Source: a bacterium
GTDB lineage: Bacteria; UBA8248
Length of the DNA: 64,000 bases
Direction of reading: 5' to 3'
Assembly (NCBI GenBank): GCA_965203325.1
Contig: OZ241875.1
Coordinates: forward strand, 2,432,001 to 2,496,000
Numbering within the stretch: position 1 is the stretch's first letter; the number at the start of each line of letters is the position of its first letter. Of the stretch, positions 10,401 through 22,160 are shown piece by piece. The notes below the pieces were generated by a model. The model was given only the letters and a program-made list of their open reading frames with translations. It had not been told where the DNA came from and did no database searches. The position numbers were made by a program, and so were the translations under genes.

Positions 10401-12062
10401 GGCCCTTACTGTCGGGTCGCCCGGGTCGATGGTCTCCGTGTCGAGGTGCGCTTCCCCGATGTCGAGTCCGGCGACCAGTATGAGCGGATTCCCCCCGGTG
10501 CGCGTGAAGCCGACTGCGTAGCCGCCGCCGATTTGCGCCGGTAATGCGCCGCCGTTCGGGTTCCCGAAGGCGCCTGTCGTGCGCAATGCGGCAGCGCCCG
10601 TCGCGGCGGCGATCGCCGCCCAAACGGGACGCTTGAGCGGCCTGCCGCCCAACACTGCGCTTTTCGAGTGGAAGAACACCCTTCCCTCTGTATTTATCGT
10701 GACGAGATAGGTGTCGCCGGACTTCCAGGGCCCATCCTGCCTGACGACGCAGGCGTTGTGCGCCAGTTCCGGCCCTCTCTCGACGCTCTCCATGTATCGC
10801 TTCGCCGCCAGGGCGAAATCGCTCAAATCGGCGGAGCCCGCCTCCACCTGTTCCGCCGTAATGCTCGGGGTGGCGAGCGGATTCGCCGTGACGCCCGCCG
10901 GGAGCGGGCAGACGTCCTCCGCCACTGCGCTGGAGTCCCCGTAGATGCCCGAGCCGATGATGATTACGGACGTGAACACCGATCCGTCCGGCCGCGGGAC
11001 TCGCACCTCGACCTCGCGCGCGTAGGTCACCTTGAGGGTGTTGAAGTCGTCGTTCGGGTCGCTGGGATCGTCGAAATAATATGAGACGTAATCGCCCGCT
11101 TCCCCCGCCCGCGTCGCCGCCTGGATGATCTGCGGCAGAATGAGCCGCCCGGTGCGTTCGTCCCTGAGGGTCTTCGTGGGGATCTGAAGCTCGAATCTGT
11201 CCGGAAACGCTCCGTGGAAGAGCGTGTAGCCGGTGCGGTCCATGGTGAAGAGATAGGTGGGGCCATTCCTCCAGGGCCCGTTCGGATCCCGGAAGGCGAC
11301 CCTGATTTTCGAGTTGGCGGATAAGTCTCCGCTCTCGCCGAGTCTCTTCACGAAATCCGCTGCTTCATCGACGAATTGTTTCAAGGTTGCGCGGTCGGTG
11401 ACCTGGGCCGCCGTTATCGAGGGCATGCCGGGGTCGGCGGCTTCCGGAACGAAATGAGATTCCTGAATGTCGAAGCCGGCCAAAAGGATGAGGGGAGTTC
11501 GGGTGATGCCGGAGAGGTATCCGAAGGCGTAGCCGGCGGCGCCGGAAACGCCCAGTAGACTCGCATCGAACGCGCCGCCCTGGGGGTTCGGGAAGGTTCC
11601 CGTCGCCAACACGTTTCCGAGACCGGCTTGTATGGTGGCCGGGCTGGTGGCATCGATTCCCAGCGCGTGGAGGATCGCTCCGAAAATCCGCGGATCGAGC
11701 GGTTGGCCCCCCGTCGACATGTCCTTCGCGTTGATGAACACTCTCCCGTCGAGCGTCAGGGTGACGATATAGGTGTCTCCGGAAAAATACGGCCCCCCTC
11801 TGAGTCTGGTGAGACAAGCGAGGTACGCCGCCTCGTCCAGGTTGCTCCCGACTTGAGTGGTGGCGTTTGCCGCCGCCAGGACGAAATCCCGCAAGCTGCC
11901 GCGGCCCGCTTCCACGTCGGCCGCCGTCACGGCGGGAGGCGGGAGTTCCGCAACGCCGGGCGCGCGCGGGCACTCCTGCGCGAAGGCGGCGGGCGCGGCG
12001 GCCAATGCGCCGGCCAGGGTCAGGACGAGCCAAAAGAAAAATAACGGTTTCAGGGTCCTCAT
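7452..12062 (-). CDS. Autotransporter-like outer-membrane protein with tandem Cache-like domain passenger (1536 aa)
   Basis: GAGGAG RBS and signal peptide (MRTLKPLFFFWLVLTLAGALAAAPAAFA). Three ~335-aa repeats carry sCache-type motifs (GPWRxGxxYLFIM, TIFHGAFP, LRDxxTG, GGFVQYYFDNP, KVTYAR). C-terminal amphipathic beta-barrel ends in Trp. Confidence 0.8.
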   Translation of the reverse strand: MRTLKPLFFFWLVLTLAGALAAAPAAFAQECPRAPGVAELPPPAVTAADVEAGRGSLRDFVLAAANATTQVGSNLDEAAYLACLTRLRGGPYFSGDTYIVTLTLDGRVFINAKDMSTGGQPLDPRIFGAILHALGIDATSPATIQAGLGNVLATGTFPNPQGGAFDASLLGVSGAAGYAFGYLSGITRTPLILLAGFDIQESHFVPEAADPGMPSITAAQVTDRATLKQFVDEAADFVKRLGESGDLSANSKIRVAFRDPNGPWRNGPTYLFTMDRTGYTLFHGAFPDRFELQIPTKTLRDERTGRLILPQIIQAATRAGEAGDYVSYYFDDPSDPNDDFNTLKVTYAREVEVRVPRPDGSVFTSVIIIGSGIYGDSSAVAEDVCPLPAGVTANPLATPSITAEQVEAGSADLSDFALAAKRYMESVERGPELAHNACVVRQDGPWKSGDTYLVTINTEGRVFFHSKSAVLGGRPLKRPVWAAIAAATGAAALRTTGAFGNPNGGALPAQIGGGYAVGFTRTGGNPLILVAGLDIGEAHLDTETIDPGDPTVRADQVVDRDTLKTFVKEATDYVLSTFRSEGRAAFTQVKSVLRDPNGPWRHGPVYLFIMEPTGYTIFHGAFPDRFEFRRPTDTLRDEVTGRLILPQIIRTATSSEDGGFVQYYFDNPDDPNDDFNTLKVTYARQHVFSSTLADGTTFEYPLIFGAGIYGDSSAVAEDVCPLPAGVTANPLATPSITAEQVEAGSADLSDFALAAKRYMESVERGPELAHNACVIRQDGPWKSGDTYLVTINTEGRVFFHAAKAALGGRPLKRPVWAAIAAATGAAALRTTGAFGNPNGGALPAQIGGGYAVGFRREGGSPLILVAGLDIGEPHLDTETIDPGDPTVRADEVVDRDTLKTFVKEATDYVLSTFRSEGRAAFTQVKSVLRDPNGPWRHGPVYLFIMEPTGYTIFHGAFPDRFEFRRPTDTLRDEVTGRLILPQIIRTATSSEDGGFVQYYFDNPDDPNDDFNTLKVTYARQHVFSSTLADGTTFEYPLIFGAGIYGEEGAVSERSVAATRGWLARFGRAVGSRAVEMISSRLNAPAPSGAKMTLGGQTVKLDADPERYLTREGAGFGFASLAHDGIGARGLSRPILTNRPANGEEDSPGVYREMTMSQLLSGASFHLASAKEAAEAAGSRWSIWGRGARTSFEGGGEAAIEGDVTTAMLGVDYEKGKLLTGVALSRASGDGGFENGGRSELEATLTSVHPYLRYEASERLSLWGILGMGQGEMTLDESDQKHETDIEMRMGAFGVRGALTKVGGFDLAVKSDVLLTQMDSDAKDGLESISAESSRLRVMLEASRKVAMEGGGTFRPSVEAGLRHDGGDVDEGLGVEVGGRLRFTSPSMGLTFELNARGLVTHEEKDVADWGVGGMIRIAPGKEGRGLALTVRPEVGETAGGAARLWGIKDASRLAREEIEDLDPRVRAEVGYGLDAWGGLLTPYAGLSVSDSGNGAYRLGGRFRMGERLSMSLEGDVLERVNADPVHGVALRGTMRW
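8931..10940 (-). repeat. Two near-identical 1005-bp intragenic tandem repeats, with a third diverged copy extending to about 11970
   Basis: GTAGATGCC anchors at 8931, 9936 and 10941; long stretches are base-identical. Confidence 0.97.
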
Positions 12063-12747
12063 GGCGTTCTCCTCGTGTCTTGGGCCGTCCGCGCCGGGAA
12101 GCGCGACGGGGCGTTCGTGCGCGCCGACACCCGGCCTCATCGAGGCGTGGACGAGACGCGTTGCTTCGATTCCGATACGGCGAAGCGGGCGTGAAAATGT
12201 CGTGAATACTCTTTATGCGTTTAGATTACGATATGCAGCGCGGGGGAGCAAGATTATTCAGGGGGAGATGGCGGAAATCCGGTGATGCGGCGCGCGCGAA
12301 TACGAATGGGCGCGAGATGTCCGGTGGAATGGTTGCCATTCTTCATGCCGCGCATTTTCCCGCATTTGGCGTTATCGGGTTTTTCGCGGGGCGGGAGAGA
12401 ATCCTTCGTGGAAAAACAATCCCGCTCGGGGGATTGCCGCGCTTGCCGGCGCGAAGAGGGGAGAAATGACTCGGACGATTCGGCTTCAGGAGGCGCGATT
12501 GCGCCTTTATCAGACGCGTCAATCGCTCCTTCATCCGTCGCGATTGATTCCATATTGGCCGGCAAACCCTCCCTGCGAGCCGTCTTTCACTCCTCGTTCG
12601 CCGGCTCTCCCGCCCCGTCATGGGCCGTTGGGGAAATACTGAAAAATACGATAAAATCAGATAAATTCACGGGGTTTTTCGATAAATAAACGAAAATAAA
12701 ATCGGGAGATCGACCGCAAAACGCAAGTATTTACAATGACTTGAAAA

Positions 12748-13170
12748 TCAGGTCGGCTCGGGCAGCCGCCAGATGCGCGCAGAAGCCAATTCCACGCTGT
12801 TCCCCGCCGGGTCCCTGAAATAGATGGAGCGTCCGCCGCCGGGCCAGTCGACCTCCTGCTCGATGTCCACCCCTTGTTCCGCCAGCCGCTCCCGCCAGGC
12901 GGCCATCTCGGCCTCGCGTATGGAGAAAGTCACGTGCCCCGGCCCCGCCGCGCCGTGCGTCGGCACGCCGAGCTTCACGTCGGGTCTAGTGGTCGCTTCG
13001 GGGTTGAAGACGAGGAAAACCGCATGCGGCCCGCAGCGAAAGAAAACGTGGCGGCCGGGCGCTTTCTGGAAGGCTTCGAGGCCCAGAACGGAGCGGTAGA
13101 ACGCCTCCGCCGCTTCGAGATCTTCAGCGTAGATGCACGTTTCCAGGACGCCAGCGACTTCGAGGCTCAA
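12748..13170 (-). CDS. VOC/glyoxalase family protein
   Basis: VLETCIYAEDLEAAEAFY, HGAAGPGHVTF, SIYFRDPAGNSVELA. Probable TTG start next to the crotonase stop. Confidence 0.9.
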   Translation of the reverse strand: MSLEVAGVLETCIYAEDLEAAEAFYRSVLGLEAFQKAPGRHVFFRCGPHAVFLVFNPEATTRPDVKLGVPTHGAAGPGHVTFSIREAEMAAWRERLAEQGVDIEQEVDWPGGGRSIYFRDPAGNSVELASARIWRLPEPT

Positions 13171-13171
13171 C

Positions 13172-13948
13172 TCATCTGCCCTTCCATTCGGGTTTTCTCT
13201 TCTCAAGAAAAGCGCGCAGACCCTCCGCCTTGTCCTCGGTTTCGCAAAGCGCTCCCTGGGCGAATTTCTCGAGCGCCAGACCAGCCGTCATGCTGCCCTC
13301 CATGCCGTAGTGCACCATGGCCTTCATGAACTGCGGCACGAAAGGCGCATAGGCCGCCAGTTTATCGGCCATCTTCTTCACGGTGGGCATGAGCTCTTCC
13401 GCCTCGACCAGCCGTGTGATGAGGCCGATCTCCAGCGCCCGCTCGGCGTCGATAGTCTCCCCCATCAGGAGCATTTCCATCGCCCAGGCGCGCCCGATGA
13501 GGCGGGGCAGGCGCTGCGTGGCGCCGCCGCCCGGGATGATGCCGATTCTCCCCTCCGGTGTGGCGAATTTCGACTGAGGCGTCGCGACCCGCAAATCACA
13601 GCCGAGCGCCACCTCCAGACCCCCGCCCATGCAGTAGCCGTTGATCGCCGCAATCGTCGCCTTGGGTGTTCTCTCCAGACGCTCCGCCACGCCCTGCACC
13701 AGCGGGGTGAGCGCAATGGCGAGGTTTCGGTGTTCGACTTCCTTGAGATCGGAACCCGAGGCGAACGCCTTCTCTCCCGCCCCGGTGATGACGATGACAC
13801 GGACTGCTTCGTCATCGGCCGCTTCGGCGATGGTGGCGTGGAGATCGTCCAGCGTGGCGAGGGATATGGCATTATGCCGCTCGGGGCGGTTGATGGTGAT
13901 GAGGGCGAGGGGCCCCTCGACTTCATATAATACGTTTTCGTATGGCAT
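13172..13948 (-). CDS. Enoyl-CoA hydratase/isomerase
   Basis: INRPERHNAI, AFASGSDL, AAINGYCMGGGLEVALGCDLR, PEGRIGIIPGGG. Confidence 0.93.
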   Translation of the reverse strand: MPYENVLYEVEGPLALITINRPERHNAISLATLDDLHATIAEAADDEAVRVIVITGAGEKAFASGSDLKEVEHRNLAIALTPLVQGVAERLERTPKATIAAINGYCMGGGLEVALGCDLRVATPQSKFATPEGRIGIIPGGGATQRLPRLIGRAWAMEMLLMGETIDAERALEIGLITRLVEAEELMPTVKKMADKLAAYAPFVPQFMKAMVHYGMEGSMTAGLALEKFAQGALCETEDKAEGLRAFLEKRKPEWKGR

Positions 13949-14012
13949 GGCCGTCCTTTCTCCTGTATGGCTGGGCGGGCATTGTATTTCTCTTTTCGCT
14001 GGAAGGAAAAGC

Positions 14013-14540
14013 ATGTCGCCGAAAAAGGTGAGGGAAGTCACCGAATGCGCGCCTTGGGCGTACGGGCGGTACCGCTATTTTCTCGAGGTGCGGATTGCGG
14101 CGGAGCAGGCGCGGACGCTCACCGTTATCCTCAAGAATCCCTCCACAGCGTCTGCGGAGAGGAGCGATCCCACCGTGGGGAAAGTGGAAGCCTGGGCGCG
14201 CAAGAACGAATATGGCCGTATCAGGTACGTGAACCTCTTCGCGCTGCGCTCCCCTTATCCCGAAGAATTGAATGGCCACCCGTACCGGGTGATGGTGGGG
14301 CGGGATAACGATGCGTGGATTACGCGGAGCCTCGAAGGCGCGGACGTGGTGCTTGTCGCCTGGGGGAATCCGAACGGCGTCGACTCCGAGAAATACGAGA
14401 GGAGAATCGCCGAGGTTTCGCGCCTGTTGGAACGAGTCCGCGTTCGTTCCCTGGGGTCTCCGACCAAGCTCGGGCACCCCCGGCACGGCCTCATGTGGAA
14501 CGGGAAATTAGAATGGAGTGAATGGCCGCCCGCTCTTTAA
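14013..14540 (+). CDS. DUF1643-like protein
   Basis: RYRYFL, ILKNPSTA..SDPT, VNLFALRS, VLVAWG, GHPRH motifs; GGAAGGA RBS. Confidence 0.75.
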   Translation: MSPKKVREVTECAPWAYGRYRYFLEVRIAAEQARTLTVILKNPSTASAERSDPTVGKVEAWARKNEYGRIRYVNLFALRSPYPEELNGHPYRVMVGRDNDAWITRSLEGADVVLVAWGNPNGVDSEKYERRIAEVSRLLERVRVRSLGSPTKLGHPRHGLMWNGKLEWSEWPPAL

Positions 14541-15529
14541 GCCTCTCTCACAATCTTGTTTTTGAGAACCCCGATTCCCTCGATTTCGAGTTCGATGACG
14601 TCGCCGGGTTTTATCCATCTGTCTAGGTCCGCCCCGCAGCCGGTGGCCACGGTGCCTGAGCCGAACATTTCGCCCGGCACGAGTTCTTCCTCCATCGAGG
14701 CGTACTCGATCATCCTGGGCCAGGAGTAGAAGGCGTCTCCCGCGTTGCCGCGGCTCCATTCCTCGCCGTTCACGCGGGCGATCATCACCGCGTCGGTGGG
14801 GTCGAATTCATCCGCCGTGACGACGCATGGGCCGATCGCCGTGCCGAAATCCTTGCCCTTGTGAGGTCCCAGCCAGTTCTTCATCTCACTGATCTGGATG
14901 TCGCGCGCGCTGAAGTCGTTCAGCACGCTGTAGCCGAAAACGTGCTCCATGGCGTTTTCCTGTGTGATGTCCTTGCCGCGCTTTCCGATGAACATGGCGA
15001 GTTCGAGTTCATAGTCGAGTTTTTCGGTGTAGTGCGGCCATTTGAGTTCATCATCCGGGCCGATGATGGTCAGGCGGTTTCCCTTGTAGCAGGAGGGAAG
15101 CTCGTACCAGATGGGGTCGATGGTGGTGTTCCGCCGCCGCGCACCAGCGGCTTTATGGCCCTCGTGGATCAGAAAATCGCGAAACGTGACGGGCCGGGGC
15201 ACCGGAGCGCGCAAACGAATCTCTTGAAGAGAGAAAACGAGTTGCTCACCGCCCGGTCCGCGTCTCGCTGTGTCGGCGAGGATGAATTCCTGCGCAGCCC
15301 GGGCGGCCTGCAGGGATGGCTCCCCACCCGCCATCAATTCGCACATATCCTGGGGAAGCCTGAAGTCTGCGTATTCCCGGAAACGCGGTTCCTCGCCTTG
15401 TTCCTGAAGAAGCGCGGCGTAGCCGTAAGCGAGGTCCATGGCGATTTGCCCGTCGGTACCCTGAGACAGAGCGCCGACGCGGCAGATGCTTCCGAGTGGG
15501 GTGCTGATCTCGAAAGTTACTAGTTTCAT
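14537..15529 (-). CDS. Fumarylacetoacetate hydrolase family protein
   Basis: RDFLIHEGH, LDYELELA, NDFSARDIQ, GKDF, GSGT. Confidence 0.93.
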   Translation of the reverse strand: MKLVTFEISTPLGSICRVGALSQGTDGQIAMDLAYGYAALLQEQGEEPRFREYADFRLPQDMCELMAGGEPSLQAARAAQEFILADTARRGPGGEQLVFSLQEIRLRAPVPRPVTFRDFLIHEGHKAAGARRRNTTIDPIWYELPSCYKGNRLTIIGPDDELKWPHYTEKLDYELELAMFIGKRGKDITQENAMEHVFGYSVLNDFSARDIQISEMKNWLGPHKGKDFGTAIGPCVVTADEFDPTDAVMIARVNGEEWSRGNAGDAFYSWPRMIEYASMEEELVPGEMFGSGTVATGCGADLDRWIKPGDVIELEIEGIGVLKNKIVREA

Positions 15530-15679
15530 TGCTCTCTCCATGAATGAGGCAAGCGATACGTGAGTTATCAGATTGCCCGGAAAATAACACAAATCCTCCC
15601 CGCGAGGGGAGGCGAAGCGCACGAAGACCCAAGAGCAAATCTCCTGAATCCAGGAAGTTGTAAAAAATACTTCCGGGGC

Positions 15680-15708
15680 TTGACTTCGGCCATGGCTGTG
15701 GGTAGTTT
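15680..15708 (+). promoter_or_regulatory. Putative sigma70 promoter of the atp operon
   Basis: TTGACT-17 nt-TAGTTT upstream of the b' gene. Confidence 0.5.
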
Positions 15709-15851
15709 TAGGCGTTTTTCGGGGCCGTAAATCAAGTCATGTCCCGTTAAACCATACGAATTCATACGCCATTCCCCGACGGTTTTCGTGGAAGCGCCTG
15801 ACCTCATGGGGGTGGGTTTGCGCCCGGCAGGGGCAGGATGCAGAGGAAACG

Positions 15852-16430
15852 ATGGCCCGTCTTTTCCGTTTGAAACGATTCGCTTTCGGCCTGACGCCGG
15901 TTCTCATGCTTCTGGCCGCGCCGTCCGTATCATGGGCGGCGAGCGCACCCACCAGCGGTTTCGGCGCCTGGCTCGCAAGTTTCAACGTGGGAAGCGGCGC
16001 CCTCGTCATCAACCCGGTCGTTATCCTGATTCAGTGGGCCAACTTCCTGATCCTGCTGATCGTTCTCAACAAGATACTCATCAAACCCCTGCTAAACCAC
16101 ATGGAATCGCGCGATGCGCAGATCACCGGCGACCTCAAGACCGCCGAGCGTGACCGAAGCGAGGCGGCGGGCTACATCAGCCAGTACGAGGACGCGCTGG
16201 CGGAAATTCAGCGCGAGAACACCGAAGCCCTTATCGCGCTCCAGCAGGAGATGACCGAGGCGACACGCAATCGCCTCGATGAGATTCGAGAGAGAACGGG
16301 CCGTGAGATCGAGGAAACGCGCCAGTCCATCGCGGCGCAGGCGAAACAGGCGGCCTCCGAACTGGAGGGTGGCGCCGGCCGATTGGCGAGTGAAATCGCC
16401 ACGAGGCTTGCGGGCCGCAGCATCGCATAG
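15852..16430 (+). CDS. ATP synthase F0 subunit b'
   Basis: IQWANFLILLIVLNKILIKPL followed by a coiled coil; first gene of the atp cluster. Confidence 0.88.
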   Translation: MARLFRLKRFAFGLTPVLMLLAAPSVSWAASAPTSGFGAWLASFNVGSGALVINPVVILIQWANFLILLIVLNKILIKPLLNHMESRDAQITGDLKTAERDRSEAAGYISQYEDALAEIQRENTEALIALQQEMTEATRNRLDEIRERTGREIEETRQSIAAQAKQAASELEGGAGRLASEIATRLAGRSIA

Positions 16431-16445
16431 AGGATTCGACAAGCC

Positions 16446-17048
16446 GTGTTTTCAGAGAAAAAATTCAGCAGCCTTTCGGGCTTCCTGGTTCTGGCGGCGG
16501 CTCTGCTTTCAGCAGAATGGGTCTGGGCCGCAGAGGCCGGCGCACATCATAAGGCGTTCAGCTTCACCGAGGAGCTCTTCAAGCTCATCAACACGCTCAT
16601 CGTCGTGGGCATTCTCTATAAAGTCGCATATCACCCCATCAGGAACTTCCTGAAGGACAGAAGAGAGGGGATTCGCAAGGCGCTCGAGGATTCCGAGGCG
16701 GCCCGCAAGGAAGCGGAAAAAGAGCTCGCCGAGCAACGCTCCAAGGTGGCCGACCTGGAAGCCGAACTCGTGCGCGTTCGCGAGCAGGGCGGGAAAGAGC
16801 GGGCCGCGATGCGCGAAAGACTTGAAGAAGAACAGGAGAATCAGGCCCAGCGCTTGCTGGAGCAGACGAGAACGACCATTGAGCTCGAGGCTTCCAAGGC
16901 GCGCGCGGAACTTCAGAATCAGGCGGCGAGTCTGGCGTTGGGCCTGGCCGAGGAGATGCTGAAAAAAGAGCTTGGCGAGGCGGATCAGGAAAGATTCGTC
17001 GAGAATTATCTTGCCAGGCTCGACGATAGAAACGGAGGGTCGCTGTGA
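16446..17048 (+). CDS. atpF: ATP synthase F0 subunit b
   Basis: TM helix followed by PIRNFLKDRREGI coiled coil; precedes delta. Confidence 0.9.
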   Translation: MFSEKKFSSLSGFLVLAAALLSAEWVWAAEAGAHHKAFSFTEELFKLINTLIVVGILYKVAYHPIRNFLKDRREGIRKALEDSEAARKEAEKELAEQRSKVADLEAELVRVREQGGKERAAMRERLEEEQENQAQRLLEQTRTTIELEASKARAELQNQAASLALGLAEEMLKKELGEADQERFVENYLARLDDRNGGSL

Positions 17049-17587
17049 TTGGAGGCGAGGCGGCGCGCCGCTACGCGCGGGCATTGGTGGATATCGCCGA
17101 GAGCCGCGGCGTTCTGGACGAGACCGGAGAGGCGCTGACGGAGATAGCGGGCGAGTTCCAGGGAAACCAGGAGTTGCGGCGCGTTTTGCTCAACCCGCGA
17201 TTCGCGCGCGCCGAACGGGTGAAGATAATCGATGAGATCATGGCCGCATCGGGCGCGAACGAGTTATTGCGCAATTTCGTGCGAGTGGTGGCCGAAAAGG
17301 ACCGCATGGGCGAACTCTCCGATATGGCGCACAGCTACCAGCAGCTTGCGGACGAGAGGCGTGGGCGTGTTCGCGCCCAGGTGAAGACGGCTTATGACAT
17401 GGATGCAGAGGCCATCAAAGGGCTGCGGGCGAAACTCTCCGAGATTACGGGCAGCGAGGTGCTCATGGAGGTGGAGACGGACGAGACGCTTATCGGCGGG
17501 CTGGTCTGCCGTGTGGGCGGCGTCGTCATGGACGGCAGCATCAAGAACCAGCTGCGCAATTTAAGGAATACGTTGATTACGAGTTGA
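17045..17587 (+). CDS. atpH: ATP synthase F1 subunit delta
   Basis: ARRYARAL, LIGGLVCRVG..MDGSIKNQL. Confidence 0.96.
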   Translation: MIGGEAARRYARALVDIAESRGVLDETGEALTEIAGEFQGNQELRRVLLNPRFARAERVKIIDEIMAASGANELLRNFVRVVAEKDRMGELSDMAHSYQQLADERRGRVRAQVKTAYDMDAEAIKGLRAKLSEITGSEVLMEVETDETLIGGLVCRVGGVVMDGSIKNQLRNLRNTLITS

Positions 17588-17624
17588 TACTCTCTGAACA
17601 AATTGAAGGATCAAGGGGGCAATC

Positions 17625-19166
<1,542 letters not shown>

Positions 19167-19173
19167 GTGGAAA

Positions 19174-20055
19174 ATGGCCTCTACCAGAGATTACAAGCGC
19201 CGCATACGCAGCGTAAAAAACACCCAGCAGATCACACGGGCGATGAAGCTCGTTGCGGCCTCGAAGGTGCGCAGGGCGCAGGAGCGCATCGAGAGCGCCC
19301 GGCCATACAGCGAGAAGATGGAGGAACTGGTGAACTCGCTGGCCGCAAAGGTATCGGCGGACACGCACCCCCTTCTTCGAGACGACATGAAGGACGATCG
19401 CGTGCTTCTGCTCGTCATCACCTCGGACAAGGGCCTTTGCGGCGGCTACAACACCAACCTGCTTCGCCAGGCATTTCAGTTCCTGAGGAAGCGCGAGGAA
19501 GAGGGCAAGGAGACCGAGATCGTCGTCGTGGGCCGCAAGGGCCGCGATTTCCTGGCGCGACGGGAGTTTGCGTTCAAGGAGCAGTTCACGGACGTTTACG
19601 GGAAGATCGACTTCGCCCTCGCCACCCAACTGGCCGAGCTTATGACCAGGGCGTATCTCGAAGAGGGCTTCGATGAGGTTCACATCATCACCACGGAGTT
19701 TCGCACGATTCTGAGCCAGAGCCCGAGGCTCTCGCGGCTTTTGCCTCTGGCGCCTCCGGTGCCCGATTCGCTCGACGATCAGGGCGAGCCCGTGGCGGCG
19801 GAATACATTTACGAGCCCTCGATGGAGGGCGTGCTGGACAGCATCCTGCCGAGGCACGTGCGGGTGCAGATCTACAGGTCGCTTCTCGACGCGGAGGCGA
19901 GCGAGTTCGGCGCCCGCATGACGGCGATGGACAACGCGTCCAGAAACGCCGAGGAGATGATAGGGACGCTGACGTTGCAGATGAACCGCGTGCGCCAGGC
20001 TTCGATCACCACGGAGTTGCTCGAAGTGGTGGCCGGCGCCGATGCGCTGGCGTAG
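19174..20055 (+). CDS. atpG: ATP synthase F1 subunit gamma
   Basis: ITRAMKLVAASK, TSDKGLCGGYN, NRVRQASITTELLEVVAGA. Confidence 0.99.
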   Translation: MASTRDYKRRIRSVKNTQQITRAMKLVAASKVRRAQERIESARPYSEKMEELVNSLAAKVSADTHPLLRDDMKDDRVLLLVITSDKGLCGGYNTNLLRQAFQFLRKREEEGKETEIVVVGRKGRDFLARREFAFKEQFTDVYGKIDFALATQLAELMTRAYLEEGFDEVHIITTEFRTILSQSPRLSRLLPLAPPVPDSLDDQGEPVAAEYIYEPSMEGVLDSILPRHVRVQIYRSLLDAEASEFGARMTAMDNASRNAEEMIGTLTLQMNRVRQASITTELLEVVAGADALA

Positions 20056-20102
20056 AGGATTACGGATCAGAGAAAACAACCCCGAAAAGAGCCGACTGAT
20101 GA

Positions 20103-21563
<1,461 letters not shown>

Positions 21564-21567
21564 GAGA

Positions 21568-21993
21568 ATGGTTGAAGGCAAGATGATGCTCGACATCGTA
21601 ACGCCCGAGCGCAAGCTCGTCTCCGCCGAGGTGGACGAGGTGACGGCCCCGGGGTTTTACGGCGAGTTCGGCGTATTGTCCCAGCACACGCCCTACCTGT
21701 GCCAGCTAGGCGTCGGGGTGCTCAGCTACCGCACGGGCAGCGCGCGGTATTTCGTCTCCATCATTGAGGGATACGCCGAGGTGGGCCCCGACAAGATAAC
21801 CATCCTGGCGGAGAGCGCCGAACGGGCCGAAGACATCGACGCCGGGCGCGCACAGGAATCGCGCCAACGCGCGCAGGAACGCATGGCGGGTCAGAAGGCC
21901 GAGGAAGAACTCGATTTCGATCGGGCCGAGCTGGCTCTGAAGCGCGCCATCACCCGCATTTCCGTGGCGAACCAAAGCGGGCTCAACAACTAG
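21568..21993 (+). CDS. atpC: ATP synthase F1 subunit epsilon
   Basis: LDIVTPER, GEFGVLSQHTP, ALKRAITR. Confidence 0.96.
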   Translation: MVEGKMMLDIVTPERKLVSAEVDEVTAPGFYGEFGVLSQHTPYLCQLGVGVLSYRTGSARYFVSIIEGYAEVGPDKITILAESAERAEDIDAGRAQESRQRAQERMAGQKAEEELDFDRAELALKRAITRISVANQSGLNN

Positions 21994-22007
21994 CGGGTAT
22001 TTCACTT

Positions 22008-22054
22008 GGGGGCTGTCGCTCACCCGAAGGGGTGAATGACGGCCCTCTTTTTTT
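22008..22054 (+). terminator. Rho-independent terminator of the atp operon
   Basis: GGGCTGTCG...CACCCGAAGGGGTG...TGACGGCCC stem followed by a T-run. Confidence 0.75.
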
Positions 22055-22160
22055 GTCGTATACCTGAGCCTGAAAGTAGCGTTCGATCATTGATGCGGAC
22101 GCGCGCAATCCCTTGATTTGCCGCCTTGAGAGAAAGTTTCGTTTTTCAGGAGATGATGCC

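Noticed and set aside
8931..10940. Repeats as a DGR template/variable pair or as a CRISPR array
   Set aside because: The units are 1005-bp in-frame coding repeats, mismatches are not adenine-specific by eye, and no reverse transcriptase or cas genes are present.
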